Assembly: GCA_050175015.1 (NCBI GenBank)
Contig: JBFXJJ010000002.1
Span: 32,001 to 96,000, forward strand
Direction of reading: 5' to 3'
DNA: 64,000 nt
DNA from: Alphaproteobacteria bacterium
Lineage (GTDB): Bacteria > Pseudomonadota > Alphaproteobacteria > JBFXJJ01
Numbering within the stretch: position 1 is the first letter of the stretch; the number at the start of each line of letters is the position of its first letter. Shown here in pieces: positions 10,271-20,778 of the stretch. Below the pieces are notes generated by a model. It saw only the letters and a list, made by a program, of their open reading frames with translations. It had not been told where the DNA came from and did no database searches. Made by a program: the position numbers and the translations under genes.

Positions 10271-13200
10271 TTAGCGTTCTTTAATATTAAAAAAGCTGGC
10301 ATAAAAAACAGGAACAACAATCATTGTCAAAATCGTTGCAAAAGTTAAACCACCCATAATAGTAACAGCCATACCAGCGAAGAAATCATCAAAGATTAAT
10401 GGAGCCATACCAAGTATCGTTGTTAAAGCCGCCATACTTACAGGTCTAAGTCTGGAAACACTCCCATCGACTAGAGCTGAAAACTTATTTTTCCCTGATG
10501 CTATTCTTGTATCAATTTCATCAATTAAAACCACAGCATTTTTAATCAGCATTCCTGACAAACTAAGAAAACCCAATAATGCCATAAAATTAAATGCAAC
10601 TCCTGAAACTAAAAGACCAAAAGTAACTCCGATAATGGCGAAAGGAACTGTGAGCCATATGATAAGAGGCTGTTTTACCTTTCCAAACAAGAGGATTACA
10701 ATAACAATCATAATAGCAAAACTAAGAGGCAGATTAGATCCTAATGAAGCTTGAGCATCTCTTGAATTTTCATATTCTCCACCCCATTCCAAATGATATC
10801 CCATTGGAAGTTCCAATTTTTCAATTTGAGGTCTTACTCTGGAAAAAATAGACATTGTATTTTCTCCAATCAGAGGATCAGCCATAACAGTTAGGGTACG
10901 TTCCCGATTACGTCTTGCAATGATGCCATCTTCAGTTTTGGTTTCAAAGCTTTCTACTACTTGCGAAATTGGAATACTACTGCCCAAGCCGCTGCTATAA
11001 ATTAAAACATTTTCAATATTTGACGAGCTAAGCCTTTCTTCAAGAGGAGACCTCACAACTATCGGCAGAAGATTATCTTTTTCACGATAAACCCCAACCG
11101 TTTCTCCAGAAACGTTAATTAAAAGCGATTGACTTAAATCCTGCCTGCTTATTCCTGCTTTGCGACCTCTTTCTTCTGAAAAAACAGGGACTATAATTTT
11201 TTCGCGATGACGCCAATTGTGTTTAATATTTTGCAACTTGCCATCACTATAAAAAATTTCTTCTATTTTTGTAGCATACTCTCTTAAAACATCAGCATCT
11301 TGACCTGTAATTCTTGCTTCTATTTTGGCACCAGAGCTTGGACCTATAGCTACACGTTTGGTATAAACCATAGCTTGAGGGAATTTGTCTTCAATATACG
11401 CTTCGACTTTTCTTCTAAACGCTTCAATATAAATTTTATCTGTTGTTCTAACGATAAATTGAGAATAACTCGAATTAGTCTGTTCTGGAGTGTAAACCAA
11501 CATAAATCTTGTCGCACCACGTCCTATAAAAGATGATACAGAATCAAACCCTTCTTGCTGCATAATAAACTTTTCAATTTTCACAACATCATCTTTAACT
11601 GCTGCAATATCTGTCCCCTGTTTACGCCAATAATCAATATAGAAAATAGGAGTACTAGAATCTGGAAAGAACGCCTGTTTAACAAAACCAAAGCCAACAA
11701 CCGCCATAACAAGAAAAAGCAACAAAGTGAGAACCGTGAGTTTTCTATGTTTCAAACACTTAATTAAAAATCTTTTATATATCATAAAAGCACTATGATT
11801 ATAAGCTTCGCCTTCTTGAACTTCGCCTTCAACAAAAAAGTATGATCCAAGAAGTGGCGTTACGAAAACGGCAAAAACCCAGCTTAAAAGAAGTGATATG
11901 CCAACAACAGCAAACAAAGAAAAACAAAATTCTCCAGTTGAATCTTGAGAGAGACCAATACCAGAAAAAGCCATAACCGCAACTATGGTAGCCCCCAAAA
12001 GAGGAACCATTGTCTGTTTAACAACTTCACTTGCTGCCTCTGTGGAATTTTTACCATGATTTACACCAACCATCATTCCTTCTGCAACCACGATGGCATT
12101 ATCAACCAGCATACCCATAGCTATAATTAAAGCGCCAAGAGATATTCTTTCCATATCGATTCCAAAAATTTTCATAAAGAAAATTGTTCCCATAACCGTT
12201 AGGAAAAGGATAATTCCAATAACAACACCTGAACGCCACCCCATAGTAAGGCAAAGAACAGCCACCACAATAATAACAGATTCAACGAGATTAGTAACAA
12301 AGCCATTAACAGCCGCATCAACAACTTTATGCTGCTCATAAATCGGCGAAAGTTTTATACCAATAGGAATAATCGTTTGTAATTCTTCTAGTTTAGCCTC
12401 AACAGCATTGCCGACATCAACAATATTTACTCCAGAAACTCCAGAAACACCTATTGTCAAAGCTTCCTTACCATTAAACCTAACTAAATGGTTTGGAACT
12501 TCTTGAAACCCTCTGGTTACATTGGCAATATCTCCCAAACGGAAAAGGTTTTTTTCACCCGGAACACCTATTTGCAAATTTTCGATTGCTTCAACACTAT
12601 CAATATTGCCGCTTGGTCTGATTTTTATTCTATCATCTGATATTTTAATTGAACCAGAATCTGAAACTAAGTTTTGAGCCTGAAGTGTTTGAAAAATTGC
12701 AGATGCTGAAATTTTAAGCTGTGATATTTTTCTTGCTGATATTTCAACAAAAATTTCTTCGGTTAAATCGCCTGCTATAGAAACTTTGCCAACCCCCGTT
12801 ACCATTAGCAGTTTTCGTCTTAAGACCTTTGCAAAGTCTTGTATTTCCTTTCTGGTATATCCATCACCTGTTATGGCATAAAAAATTCCATAAACATCGC
12901 CATAATCATCATTAACAATCGGATCTTGAACCCCAGAAGGAAGTGACGATTTAACATCATTAACTTTACGTCTTAACTCGTCCCACACTTGAGGCAGCTC
13001 TGTACCATCATATTCGTCCCTAATTTCAACTGTTATTTCAGAATAACCCGTCGAAGATTTAGACGTTATTTTATCAATCTGCGGAAGCTGCTGGATAGCA
13101 GATTCTAGTTTTTCTGTAACTTCCTTTTCAACTTCCTTAGGTGACGCTCCAGGGTAGAGAGTAATAACAATCGCACTTTTAATTGTAAACTCAGGATCCT

Positions 13201-13306
13201 CTAACCTTCCAATGTTAAAAAAACCATAAATCCCACCTAACAGACAAATTATCATTAAAAGCCAAGTATTAACCGGCTTTTTAATCGAAGAACGAGCAAT
13301 GTCCAT
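10271..13306 (-). CDS. RND efflux permease (AcrB/AcrD/AcrF family)
   Basis: 1011 aa; GRLEDPEFTIK, GMLVDNAIVV, RLRPVSMAALTTILGMAPL. Confidence 0.95.
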   Translation of the reverse strand: MDIARSSIKKPVNTWLLMIICLLGGIYGFFNIGRLEDPEFTIKSAIVITLYPGASPKEVEKEVTEKLESAIQQLPQIDKITSKSSTGYSEITVEIRDEYDGTELPQVWDELRRKVNDVKSSLPSGVQDPIVNDDYGDVYGIFYAITGDGYTRKEIQDFAKVLRRKLLMVTGVGKVSIAGDLTEEIFVEISARKISQLKISASAIFQTLQAQNLVSDSGSIKISDDRIKIRPSGNIDSVEAIENLQIGVPGEKNLFRLGDIANVTRGFQEVPNHLVRFNGKEALTIGVSGVSGVNIVDVGNAVEAKLEELQTIIPIGIKLSPIYEQHKVVDAAVNGFVTNLVESVIIVVAVLCLTMGWRSGVVIGIILFLTVMGTIFFMKIFGIDMERISLGALIIAMGMLVDNAIVVAEGMMVGVNHGKNSTEAASEVVKQTMVPLLGATIVAVMAFSGIGLSQDSTGEFCFSLFAVVGISLLLSWVFAVFVTPLLGSYFFVEGEVQEGEAYNHSAFMIYKRFLIKCLKHRKLTVLTLLLFLVMAVVGFGFVKQAFFPDSSTPIFYIDYWRKQGTDIAAVKDDVVKIEKFIMQQEGFDSVSSFIGRGATRFMLVYTPEQTNSSYSQFIVRTTDKIYIEAFRRKVEAYIEDKFPQAMVYTKRVAIGPSSGAKIEARITGQDADVLREYATKIEEIFYSDGKLQNIKHNWRHREKIIVPVFSEERGRKAGISRQDLSQSLLINVSGETVGVYREKDNLLPIVVRSPLEERLSSSNIENVLIYSSGLGSSIPISQVVESFETKTEDGIIARRNRERTLTVMADPLIGENTMSIFSRVRPQIEKLELPMGYHLEWGGEYENSRDAQASLGSNLPLSFAIMIVIVILLFGKVKQPLIIWLTVPFAIIGVTFGLLVSGVAFNFMALLGFLSLSGMLIKNAVVLIDEIDTRIASGKNKFSALVDGSVSRLRPVSMAALTTILGMAPLIFDDFFAGMAVTIMGGLTFATILTMIVVPVFYASFFNIKER

Positions 13307-13312
13307 AGAATT

Positions 13313-14362
13313 TTACTCCAAATCCATTTGGTGAACTTTTTGATTCTCTCGCAAAAAATCACCTCCAGTGGCAACAATTCTTTCACCCTCATTTAAACCT
13401 TGGACAACATGCAAAGTATCAGAATAAATCCCTTCCGTCTCGATATCACGCCTTCCAACACTGCCATCATCATTAACAACCCAGACAAAAAGTTTGCCAT
13501 CTTCGCTTGGAACAACCGCCGTTGCAGGAATTTTGACATAATTGTTATCTTCATCTTTACTCATTTTGACTAAGATTGTTGCACTCATTCCTGCGAAGAT
13601 TCTAAAATCTCGAGGTCTATCCATAGAAAAGATAAATTTATATGTTTGAGTTGCCTCATCAGGAGATGTCATATGTTCTTTATATATAATAGGAAACATT
13701 TTTTCTGGCATAAAAGAGAAAACGGCATAAGCGTGATAATTAGAAATATCACTAGCTTTGGCGACCATATTTTCCGTTATGGCAAAACCAATATCAACTT
13801 TGGACATATCCTGCACTAAAACTACAGGCTCTCCAATTTCAACATTTTTAAAATTAGAAACGTATTTTTTAGCTATAACTAAATCAAATGGAGCAAGAAT
13901 TTTAGTATACTCTAAATTTTGTTTAGTTTTAGCAAGGTTAATAACCTGCAAATCATATTCTGTTTGGGCATCATCGTAAGCTGATTTTGAAGCAAAACCT
14001 CCGTGGCTATACAGTTCTTTCTTACGAAAAAGCTCCTGCTTTAATTGCTTCAACCTAACTTCTGCTTCGGCAACGTCTCTTTTAAAATCTGTAGGATCCA
14101 GCTCAGCAATAACATCTCCTTTTGTTACAACTTGACCTTCCAAAACAGGAAGATTATATAACTTTCCTGCAACCTGAAAAGAGAGAGTAGTTTCTTCTGT
14201 TGCTTCGACTGTTCCTGAAAAATTTTTAACATTTTCCTTATCTTCAGCTTCAACAGTCATAATTTTGGCCGGCCGCATAACTTCTTGCTCGACCTTGTTT
14301 TCTTCACCACAAGAAACCAGCAAAAACACTGCGCTCAATAGCAATACAACGTTCCTCTTCAT
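13313..14362 (-). CDS. RND periplasmic adaptor (MFP) lipoprotein
   Basis: Start MKRNVV at 14362, lipobox LLVSC, LSFQVAGKL, KIPATAV, GLNEGERIV. Confidence 0.92.
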   Translation of the reverse strand: MKRNVVLLLSAVFLLVSCGEENKVEQEVMRPAKIMTVEAEDKENVKNFSGTVEATEETTLSFQVAGKLYNLPVLEGQVVTKGDVIAELDPTDFKRDVAEAEVRLKQLKQELFRKKELYSHGGFASKSAYDDAQTEYDLQVINLAKTKQNLEYTKILAPFDLVIAKKYVSNFKNVEIGEPVVLVQDMSKVDIGFAITENMVAKASDISNYHAYAVFSFMPEKMFPIIYKEHMTSPDEATQTYKFIFSMDRPRDFRIFAGMSATILVKMSKDEDNNYVKIPATAVVPSEDGKLFVWVVNDDGSVGRRDIETEGIYSDTLHVVQGLNEGERIVATGGDFLRENQKVHQMDLE

Positions 14363-14363
14363 T

Positions 14364-14951
14364 TTATCCCCCACATTTTTCATTGCCGTGTTCATCAACA
14401 ATTTTGTTAAGTATATCTATAAAATGTATTTTTTCTTCTCCTGATAACGGGGACAAGCCCAGTATTTGAGTTAAAGCCAGTCCTTCACAAGCAATTTTTA
14501 CTAACATTGCAATATCTTCATTTTCAGATTGTTTTTTTAGTTCTTGCCATTCGTCACTAAAATAATCTCTTAAACGCTGAACTTCATTTGGATTATTGGC
14601 CGCAAACATAAGAACAGATGTTGCCATTGCTTTTAATTCTTCATTATTTTCTTCCAGCCCTAAGATTAGAGCCTTTAAATAACGATTTTTAGGATCATCT
14701 ATTTTCGACATTTTATCTTCTATTATATCTCTATAAGCAAAAACAAAACGATCCACCATTGCATTCAACAATGCTTCTTTATTAGGAAAATGATAAAGAA
14801 GTCCACCCTTGCTGATTTTTGCATATTCAGCAACCGAATCAAGTGTAAGGTTTCCAGCTCCCTTTTCTATAACCACCCTCTCTGTTGCTTGCAGAATTTG
14901 TTCTTTTGATGAGGGACGCCCTTTTGTTGGAGTTGTTTTCTTAACTATCAT
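14364..14951 (-). CDS. TetR/AcrR family regulator
   Basis: HTH TLDSVAEYAKISKGGLLYHFPNKEAL; heads the efflux operon. Confidence 0.93.
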   Translation of the reverse strand: MIVKKTTPTKGRPSSKEQILQATERVVIEKGAGNLTLDSVAEYAKISKGGLLYHFPNKEALLNAMVDRFVFAYRDIIEDKMSKIDDPKNRYLKALILGLEENNEELKAMATSVLMFAANNPNEVQRLRDYFSDEWQELKKQSENEDIAMLVKIACEGLALTQILGLSPLSGEEKIHFIDILNKIVDEHGNEKCGG

Positions 14952-14961
14952 TATATTCTCC

Positions 14962-14995
14962 CAATATATAAACAGACCAGACGGTTTATATATTG
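14962..14995. promoter_or_regulatory. Probable TetR operator
   Basis: Perfect 12-bp inverted repeat CAATATATAAAC-N10-GTTTATATATTG immediately upstream of tetR. Confidence 0.7.
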
Positions 14996-15210
14996 CTTTT
15001 TTTCTTGGCGGTCAAGATTTTTTTTAAGCCCTAAAACTTTTTACAGGCATATAGTTGTATAAATTTTCAGAAACATTTTTCTTTAAAAAAAACAAGCACT
15101 TTGAGTGCTGTTACGTGCACAAAAACTTTATATCCCACAAAATTTACCGTAAAACGAAGAGGAAGCATTCAAACTAAGATATCCCCTTCTCTAAGTAATA
15201 AAAATAGATA

Positions 15211-16008
15211 TTAAAATTGGCATTCAGGGCAACGAACTAAAATTTCATTTTCCATATTTTCTGCTTGAATATCAATGTCTTCAACAAACCACATAATATC
15301 ATCTTTTCTCTCTCTAAGCATTTGTTGAAACTTATCTCTATAAAAAAGCAAGGAACTAACTTCTGCTATTTTTACATCAAATATTTTAAAACCAGTCTCC
15401 TGCTTTTTCAGCCTAAAGCCTATAGATACCGAGCCATCTTGAGCCTGCACATTATTTATATCAGGAACATTAGCCGCAACATTACTGCTTCCGTTTAAAT
15501 TATTGGTAGTATCTGCCGCTAGCGGTTTATTGTCTTTAATATTGTTATTTTCCTCTGGGTTATTTCCAGCATTATGAAAAGCAATTTTTACAATTACATT
15601 TACATCGCTGTCATTTGAACCTTTTTCATTTTGGTTTTCTCTATCGACTGATTTTAAGTAAGCATCTTGTGCCAGCACAAAAGGCATAGATTTATAACTT
15701 GCCAACAAATATCTTTTAAAAACTCTTAAATAATAATTTCTGACCTCGGGAGACATATATCTCCAATATCTTCCCATAACAAAATGGCCAACACCTTCGA
15801 TATCGAAGTTGTCAACAATGAAAGCATCCATTTTTTTAAATCGCTCTAATTGATTTTTTTCCATAAAAATCTGAAGAGCTTCTTCGCCTTTTGCTCTTGC
15901 CCAGCTTTCAGCTTCACCATTAACAGCAGCAGAACTTGAAGCAATAACGATAAAAAACATTAGTATGGTTATAATAGTTTTTTTCAAAAAAGACATTTTT
16001 GATTCCAT
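15211..16008 (-). CDS. MlaC/Ttg2D-like periplasmic lipid-binding protein
   Basis: Signal peptide, FDIEGVGHFVMGRYWR, FKIFDVKIAEVSSLLFYRDKF; Asn-rich insertion. Confidence 0.75.
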   Translation of the reverse strand: MESKMSFLKKTIITILMFFIVIASSSAAVNGEAESWARAKGEEALQIFMEKNQLERFKKMDAFIVDNFDIEGVGHFVMGRYWRYMSPEVRNYYLRVFKRYLLASYKSMPFVLAQDAYLKSVDRENQNEKGSNDSDVNVIVKIAFHNAGNNPEENNNIKDNKPLAADTTNNLNGSSNVAANVPDINNVQAQDGSVSIGFRLKKQETGFKIFDVKIAEVSSLLFYRDKFQQMLRERKDDIMWFVEDIDIQAENMENEILVRCPECQF

Positions 16009-16128
16009 TTAAAGAACTGTTTTTTTATAATTTTATCACAAAGCTATAAAAATTACATTTATATTGCTTCCCTTATAACTTAATATATAAAAAATTCGTA
16101 GCTAAAATGATTCTAAGGACTTTAATTA

Positions 16129-17175
16129 ATGGGTTTTCCTAGCCGCATAAAAACTATCTCGTTATTGCTGTTTTTTTTATTAGCAGCTATGCCTGCATAT
16201 GCTCAAAGCGTTTCTGAATATTCTACCATGAACGGTATCCGTTATCGTGGATATATTAACTGCGGCACCGACCTTACAACCAATGCTTTTGCTGAAACTT
16301 TAGATAACGGCGCCAGTTGGACAGGCTTTGATGCCGATATCTGCAAAGCTCTGTCTTTAGCCGTGTTTGGCTTTCCTGATCGTTTCAGAATGGTTTCGGT
16401 AACAGCTGAGAATCGTTACGATGCTCTTAGAAGGGGACAAATAGACATTCTTTTAGGGGGAGCCCCCTATCTTCCTTCTAGCGATTCTTTAGACAAAATT
16501 ATTTTTGCCGCACCATTATTTATGCACGAACAAGGTTTTGTCGGGCATTTCAAAGAAAATGCCAAATCAATGACCGATTACAAAAAAAGCCGAGTCTGCG
16601 TTCGTAAAAACACCACCGTGCTAGACAACCTCATTTTTTACAACAAGCTTTACCGCCTTGGTTTCCGCATTTTTCCTGTAGAAACATTTTCTCAAGCTCG
16701 AGAATATCTATTTTTAAAACACTGCGATTTATATGCTGATTATCAAGAAATGCTGCGTTCAAAAGAACTTAAAAACTTTCCTGCTAATATAGATTTAGTC
16801 GCCCTTCCTGAAACGATAGCGATTGAAACTGCAGGAGCTGCCGTAAAAGATGATGACGCTAAATGGTTTAAAATCGTGCGCTGGGTTATTCGGTCTTTAG
16901 TTTTAGCTGAAACTAAAAATGTAACTAGAGAAAATGCAGGTCTTCTAGAAAATACCCAAGATCCTCAAATCCAAAATCTGCTTGGAATTAATCCTAACTT
17001 AGGAGCAAGACTTGGTCTTGCACCGAGATGGGGCATTAACATTATTAAAGATGTAGGGAACTATGGTGAAATATTTGAGCGAAATTTAGGCAAAGATTCG
17101 CAATTTAACTTCTCAAGAGGCGTTAATATGCCTATTTCAGAAGGTGGTTTTTTATGGACACCATCTTTTAACTAA
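16129..17175 (+). CDS. Amino-acid ABC transporter substrate-binding protein (AapJ/BztA-like)
   Basis: WTGFDADICKAL, DDAKWFKIVRW, VGNYGEIFERNLG. Confidence 0.88.
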   Translation: MGFPSRIKTISLLLFFLLAAMPAYAQSVSEYSTMNGIRYRGYINCGTDLTTNAFAETLDNGASWTGFDADICKALSLAVFGFPDRFRMVSVTAENRYDALRRGQIDILLGGAPYLPSSDSLDKIIFAAPLFMHEQGFVGHFKENAKSMTDYKKSRVCVRKNTTVLDNLIFYNKLYRLGFRIFPVETFSQAREYLFLKHCDLYADYQEMLRSKELKNFPANIDLVALPETIAIETAGAAVKDDDAKWFKIVRWVIRSLVLAETKNVTRENAGLLENTQDPQIQNLLGINPNLGARLGLAPRWGINIIKDVGNYGEIFERNLGKDSQFNFSRGVNMPISEGGFLWTPSFN

Positions 17176-17322
17176 AAAAACAAAAAACAATTTATCTATT
17201 AAAAACAATTAGTTAACCATTAATCGAAATAATTTTTATCCGAAAAACAAAAAAACGCTTGTTTTGTCCATAAAATTATGTATAATGAATTTAGTTTTGT
17301 AATTCTTATCATGGAGATTAAA

Positions 17323-17532
17323 ATGGCAAAATTCGATTCAAACTTTCTTTCTAGTGAAGATGCAGTAAAGAAATTTTCTAACATCGTTATTGAACGTGGT
17401 GCTGGAAAAAATGCTCTTCGTTCAGAAGTTTTAAGCTTCTTAGCTAAAGAAGGTATTAATCCAGTTAGGAAATCTGGTCGCACTCCAGTTATTAATCCTA
17501 TCTTGGCAAGCAAAAACAATCGCAGCCATTAA
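17323..17532 (+). CDS. Small hypothetical protein (69 aa)
   Basis: GGAG RBS before ATG 17323, own downstream terminator. Confidence 0.7.
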   Translation: MAKFDSNFLSSEDAVKKFSNIVIERGAGKNALRSEVLSFLAKEGINPVRKSGRTPVINPILASKNNRSH

Positions 17533-17554
17533 TCAAAAGTTAATCTCGATTAAT

Positions 17555-17589
17555 AAAATACGGTGTTGATATCTCAACACCGTATTTTT
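17555..17589 (+). terminator. Intrinsic terminator
   Basis: AAAATACGGTGTTGA-TATC-TCAACACCGTATTTTT. Confidence 0.85.
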
Positions 17590-17643
17590 GTGTTAAAGTA
17601 TTTTCTACTGTAAAAATCTTTAATAATAATATATATATTCGCT

Positions 17644-18078
17644 ATGGATAAAAAAGAACCACCAATAAAGTCAGCTGGCGACTACATAATAGCTATCAAC
17701 AAGGAAAGAGAGGTCTTAATCTCTATGCCTTTGCTTTATGATATGCCTGAGAAAGCTGTCATTATTTACGATGGTGGGGATCACGCTTTGTTGAAGCGCA
17801 ACAAAGACACATCGGTTCTTCTTGATTATGTTACTCCTGAATTTAAATATTACACTCCTCGTTCTGACAAGCTATACATTGCAGAATTTGGAGGCAAACT
17901 AAATGATTTTTCAACTGTTCGCTGGACTTATATTGCCCGCATTCTCAATGAAGAGCTTCCCATTACCGATCTTCCGCCTTCACGTGAAGAAATCTTTGAA
18001 AAACTTGAACAAGCTAAAATTGATGGTAACCTTGAAGAAGTTGCCGCACAGCTTGCTGAAGAATATGATCTTTTTTAA
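17644..18078 (+). CDS. Hypothetical protein
   Basis: 144-aa ORF with protein-like composition, upstream of the Clp-like gene; no family recognised. Confidence 0.75.
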   Translation: MDKKEPPIKSAGDYIIAINKEREVLISMPLLYDMPEKAVIIYDGGDHALLKRNKDTSVLLDYVTPEFKYYTPRSDKLYIAEFGGKLNDFSTVRWTYIARILNEELPITDLPPSREEIFEKLEQAKIDGNLEEVAAQLAEEYDLF

Positions 18079-18152
18079 AAAAGCTATAAATTTTTCTTCA
18101 TTTAAGATAGTATATATTTCAGGTTTTAATAAAAAAATAGGTTAACGCTGCT

Positions 18153-20606
18153 ATGGCTGTTAAAAATAAATATATCATAAATTTTTCAGAACTATTTGAA
18201 CAAGGGCAACTAAAAAAGGTTGTGGGGCGGAAAAAAGAAATTGAGCGTGTTTCACAAGTTCTTATGCGCCTTACTAAAAATAACCCCCTTTTAATAGGTG
18301 CCATCGGCATTGGAAAAACCTCTATTGTCGAGGGATTTGCTGCAGTTCTTGCCAAAAACGAAGTTCCTGAAATGCTAAAGAATAAAATCGTTGTCCAGCT
18401 TGATACCGCCTCAATGCTTATGGAAAGCGCCTCACAAAGTGATTATGAAGAGAATTTAAGAAAAGCCTTTTTAGAAATAGAAGAATCTAAAGGTCAAATG
18501 ATCCTGTTCATTAAAGATGCAACATTCTTTTCTCGCGCTTATGAAGCCAACAAGGATATCGCAAAATATTTAAAACCAAAAATTGTCAATGGCAGCATTA
18601 AGTGCATTATAGCGACCGATTTAACTAACTTTAAGCTGCACCTTGAAAGTGACACCGATCTGATGAGAATTATTCAGCCCATTTATATTGAAGAACCAAC
18701 AATGGCTGAAACTATTGAAATTCTTATTGGTACCAAAAATCACTATGAAAGCTATTTTGATATAAAGATTCCAAACGAAACCATAAAAATGGCGGTTGAG
18801 CTTTCGCAGCGTTTTATAAAACAACGGCTTTTTCCAGAAAAAGCTATTGATTTGCTTGATGAAGCCTCAAGTTTATTGAAAGTTGACTTAGCATCTGGCA
18901 CCAAAAAACCTGATGAAAACTTGGTAACCTCTGATTATGTTTCCAAAATTATCTCTTTCTGGACGGGTGTCCCTCTTGAAAAAATTGGTTCCGCAGATAA
19001 AGAACGCCTGCTCAATATGGAAAGCTTTTTAGAAAAAAGGGTTATCGGTCAGCCCGAAGCTGTTAAGGTTATCGCTGGAGCTGTTAGGCGTTCTAAATCA
19101 GGACTGCAGGATCCCAACAGACCGCTTGGAACTTTTCTCTTTATTGGAACGACGGGTGTTGGCAAGACCGAACTTGCTAAAGCTTTAGCCGAATTTGTGT
19201 TTGATGATGAAACCGCCCTGCTCCGACTTGATATGTCAGAATATATGGAAAGAGACAGTGTGAAAAGACTGCTTGGTCCGCCTCCCGGCTCTCCTGGTTA
19301 TGAAAATGGTGGTATTCTTACTGAGGCCGTAAGACTTCGCCCTTATCAAGTTGTTCTGTTTGACGAGTTAGAAAAAGCCAACGGCGAAATCCTCAATCTT
19401 TTATTGCAGGTACTTGATGAAGGACGTCTGACAGATAGTAAAGGTTTAACCGTAGACTTCCGTAACACTATTATCATTATGACTTCTAATATTGGTGCTA
19501 ACCTTCCTAAATACCAGAGAATGGAACATCTAAAGAAAGCAATGAAGCCAGAGTTTCTGGCTCGTATTGACGATATCGTTCCTTTCCAAGGTCTGCAGCC
19601 TGCAAAATTGATTTATATTGTTGAAATCCATCTCAACAAATTAATAAAAAGAGCAAAAGCTAAAGACATCTTTTTGAACATTACGCTTGAAGCGAAAAAA
19701 TGGCTTTCTGAAGAAGTTTATGTCGCTAAAAATGGTGTTCGTGAATTAAAAAGATTGTTGCAGCATAATGTTGAAAACCCTGTTGCCGAACTGATTATGC
19801 AAGACAAAGTTCTTCCTGGATACACTGTAACGGTTGATGTTTCGGGCAATAAACTTAAAATTACTAAAATTGAAAGTGAAACTCCAATTACAGCGCCTCA
19901 AGTTTCTTTAGAAGATGCTTACAAAACACCTTCTGAAGAAGCTCCCAAAGAAGAGAGTGGTGGCGAAGAAACTGAAGAAGTTTATGATGAGGAACAATAT
20001 TCTGAAGAAGATGCGGCAGAGTATGAAGAGGGAGAAGAGGGTTACTACGAAGAATATTCCGAAGATGGATTAGAAGAAAGCTCTCCTGAAGATGGCTCAG
20101 AAACTTACGAAAATGTTCCTGACGATGCAGAAAATTATGATGAAGGCACAGTTTCTGAGAACGAGCAAGCCACAACAGAAAATGAGTCGGCCTCAGAAGA
20201 CGCAGCCAGCATTGAAACTAGTTCAGAAGAAATAGATACCAATGAGGAAAACGACATCAAAGACTCAGATGTCAAACAAAATGTTATAAATAACAATGCG
20301 TTAGATGGTAGTTTGTCAAAAAGCTCTGATACTGCTCAAAAAACTGAGGTTCCAGTAACTCCTGCGGTAAAAATACCGCCAAAACCTCAGGCATCAGCTG
20401 AACTTTCTATTGCTAAAGTTCCGCCAAAACCAACCGATAGCGCATCTTCTGGAATAAAGATACCGCCAAAACCTCAGGCATCAGCGGCAGGAACCACAAG
20501 TGCTGCACCTAGCGCACTTAAAATTCCATCTCAGCCAAAGGTTGTTGTTAAAAAAATTGTGAAGGTAGTAAAACCTCCAGAAAAGACTACCCCTAAACCT
20601 CAATAA
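18153..20606 (+). CDS. Divergent Hsp100/ClpA-ClpB-like AAA+ ATPase with long low-complexity C-terminal tail
   Basis: VVGRKKEI...KNNPLLIG, RVIGQPEAV, GTTGVGKTELAKAL, LLQVLDEGRLTD; lacks N and M domains; NBD1 motifs degenerate. Confidence 0.85.
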   Translation: MAVKNKYIINFSELFEQGQLKKVVGRKKEIERVSQVLMRLTKNNPLLIGAIGIGKTSIVEGFAAVLAKNEVPEMLKNKIVVQLDTASMLMESASQSDYEENLRKAFLEIEESKGQMILFIKDATFFSRAYEANKDIAKYLKPKIVNGSIKCIIATDLTNFKLHLESDTDLMRIIQPIYIEEPTMAETIEILIGTKNHYESYFDIKIPNETIKMAVELSQRFIKQRLFPEKAIDLLDEASSLLKVDLASGTKKPDENLVTSDYVSKIISFWTGVPLEKIGSADKERLLNMESFLEKRVIGQPEAVKVIAGAVRRSKSGLQDPNRPLGTFLFIGTTGVGKTELAKALAEFVFDDETALLRLDMSEYMERDSVKRLLGPPPGSPGYENGGILTEAVRLRPYQVVLFDELEKANGEILNLLLQVLDEGRLTDSKGLTVDFRNTIIIMTSNIGANLPKYQRMEHLKKAMKPEFLARIDDIVPFQGLQPAKLIYIVEIHLNKLIKRAKAKDIFLNITLEAKKWLSEEVYVAKNGVRELKRLLQHNVENPVAELIMQDKVLPGYTVTVDVSGNKLKITKIESETPITAPQVSLEDAYKTPSEEAPKEESGGEETEEVYDEEQYSEEDAAEYEEGEEGYYEEYSEDGLEESSPEDGSETYENVPDDAENYDEGTVSENEQATTENESASEDAASIETSSEEIDTNEENDIKDSDVKQNVINNNALDGSLSKSSDTAQKTEVPVTPAVKIPPKPQASAELSIAKVPPKPTDSASSGIKIPPKPQASAAGTTSAAPSALKIPSQPKVVVKKIVKVVKPPEKTTPKPQ

Positions 20607-20644
20607 AAAAAAGGTCTTATGCTAAATCCATAAGACCTTTTTTA
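20605..20644. terminator. Bidirectional intrinsic terminator
   Basis: AAAAGGTCTTATG...CATAAGACCTTTT. Confidence 0.8.
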
Positions 20645-20778
20645 TTACATTTTCAAAAAACAATACGAGAAAACGCTTTTATAACTATAGCTAAGACACC
20701 TTAAAATGATTATTTAGAAACCAGATAACTCTTTGATTTTCAAAAACATAATCAAATTATATTTACTTAGCTATATCA

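Noticed and set aside
18153-20606. Calling it clpB, clpA or T6SS ClpV
   Set aside because: Lacks N-domain, M-domain and IGF loop; no T6SS genes nearby
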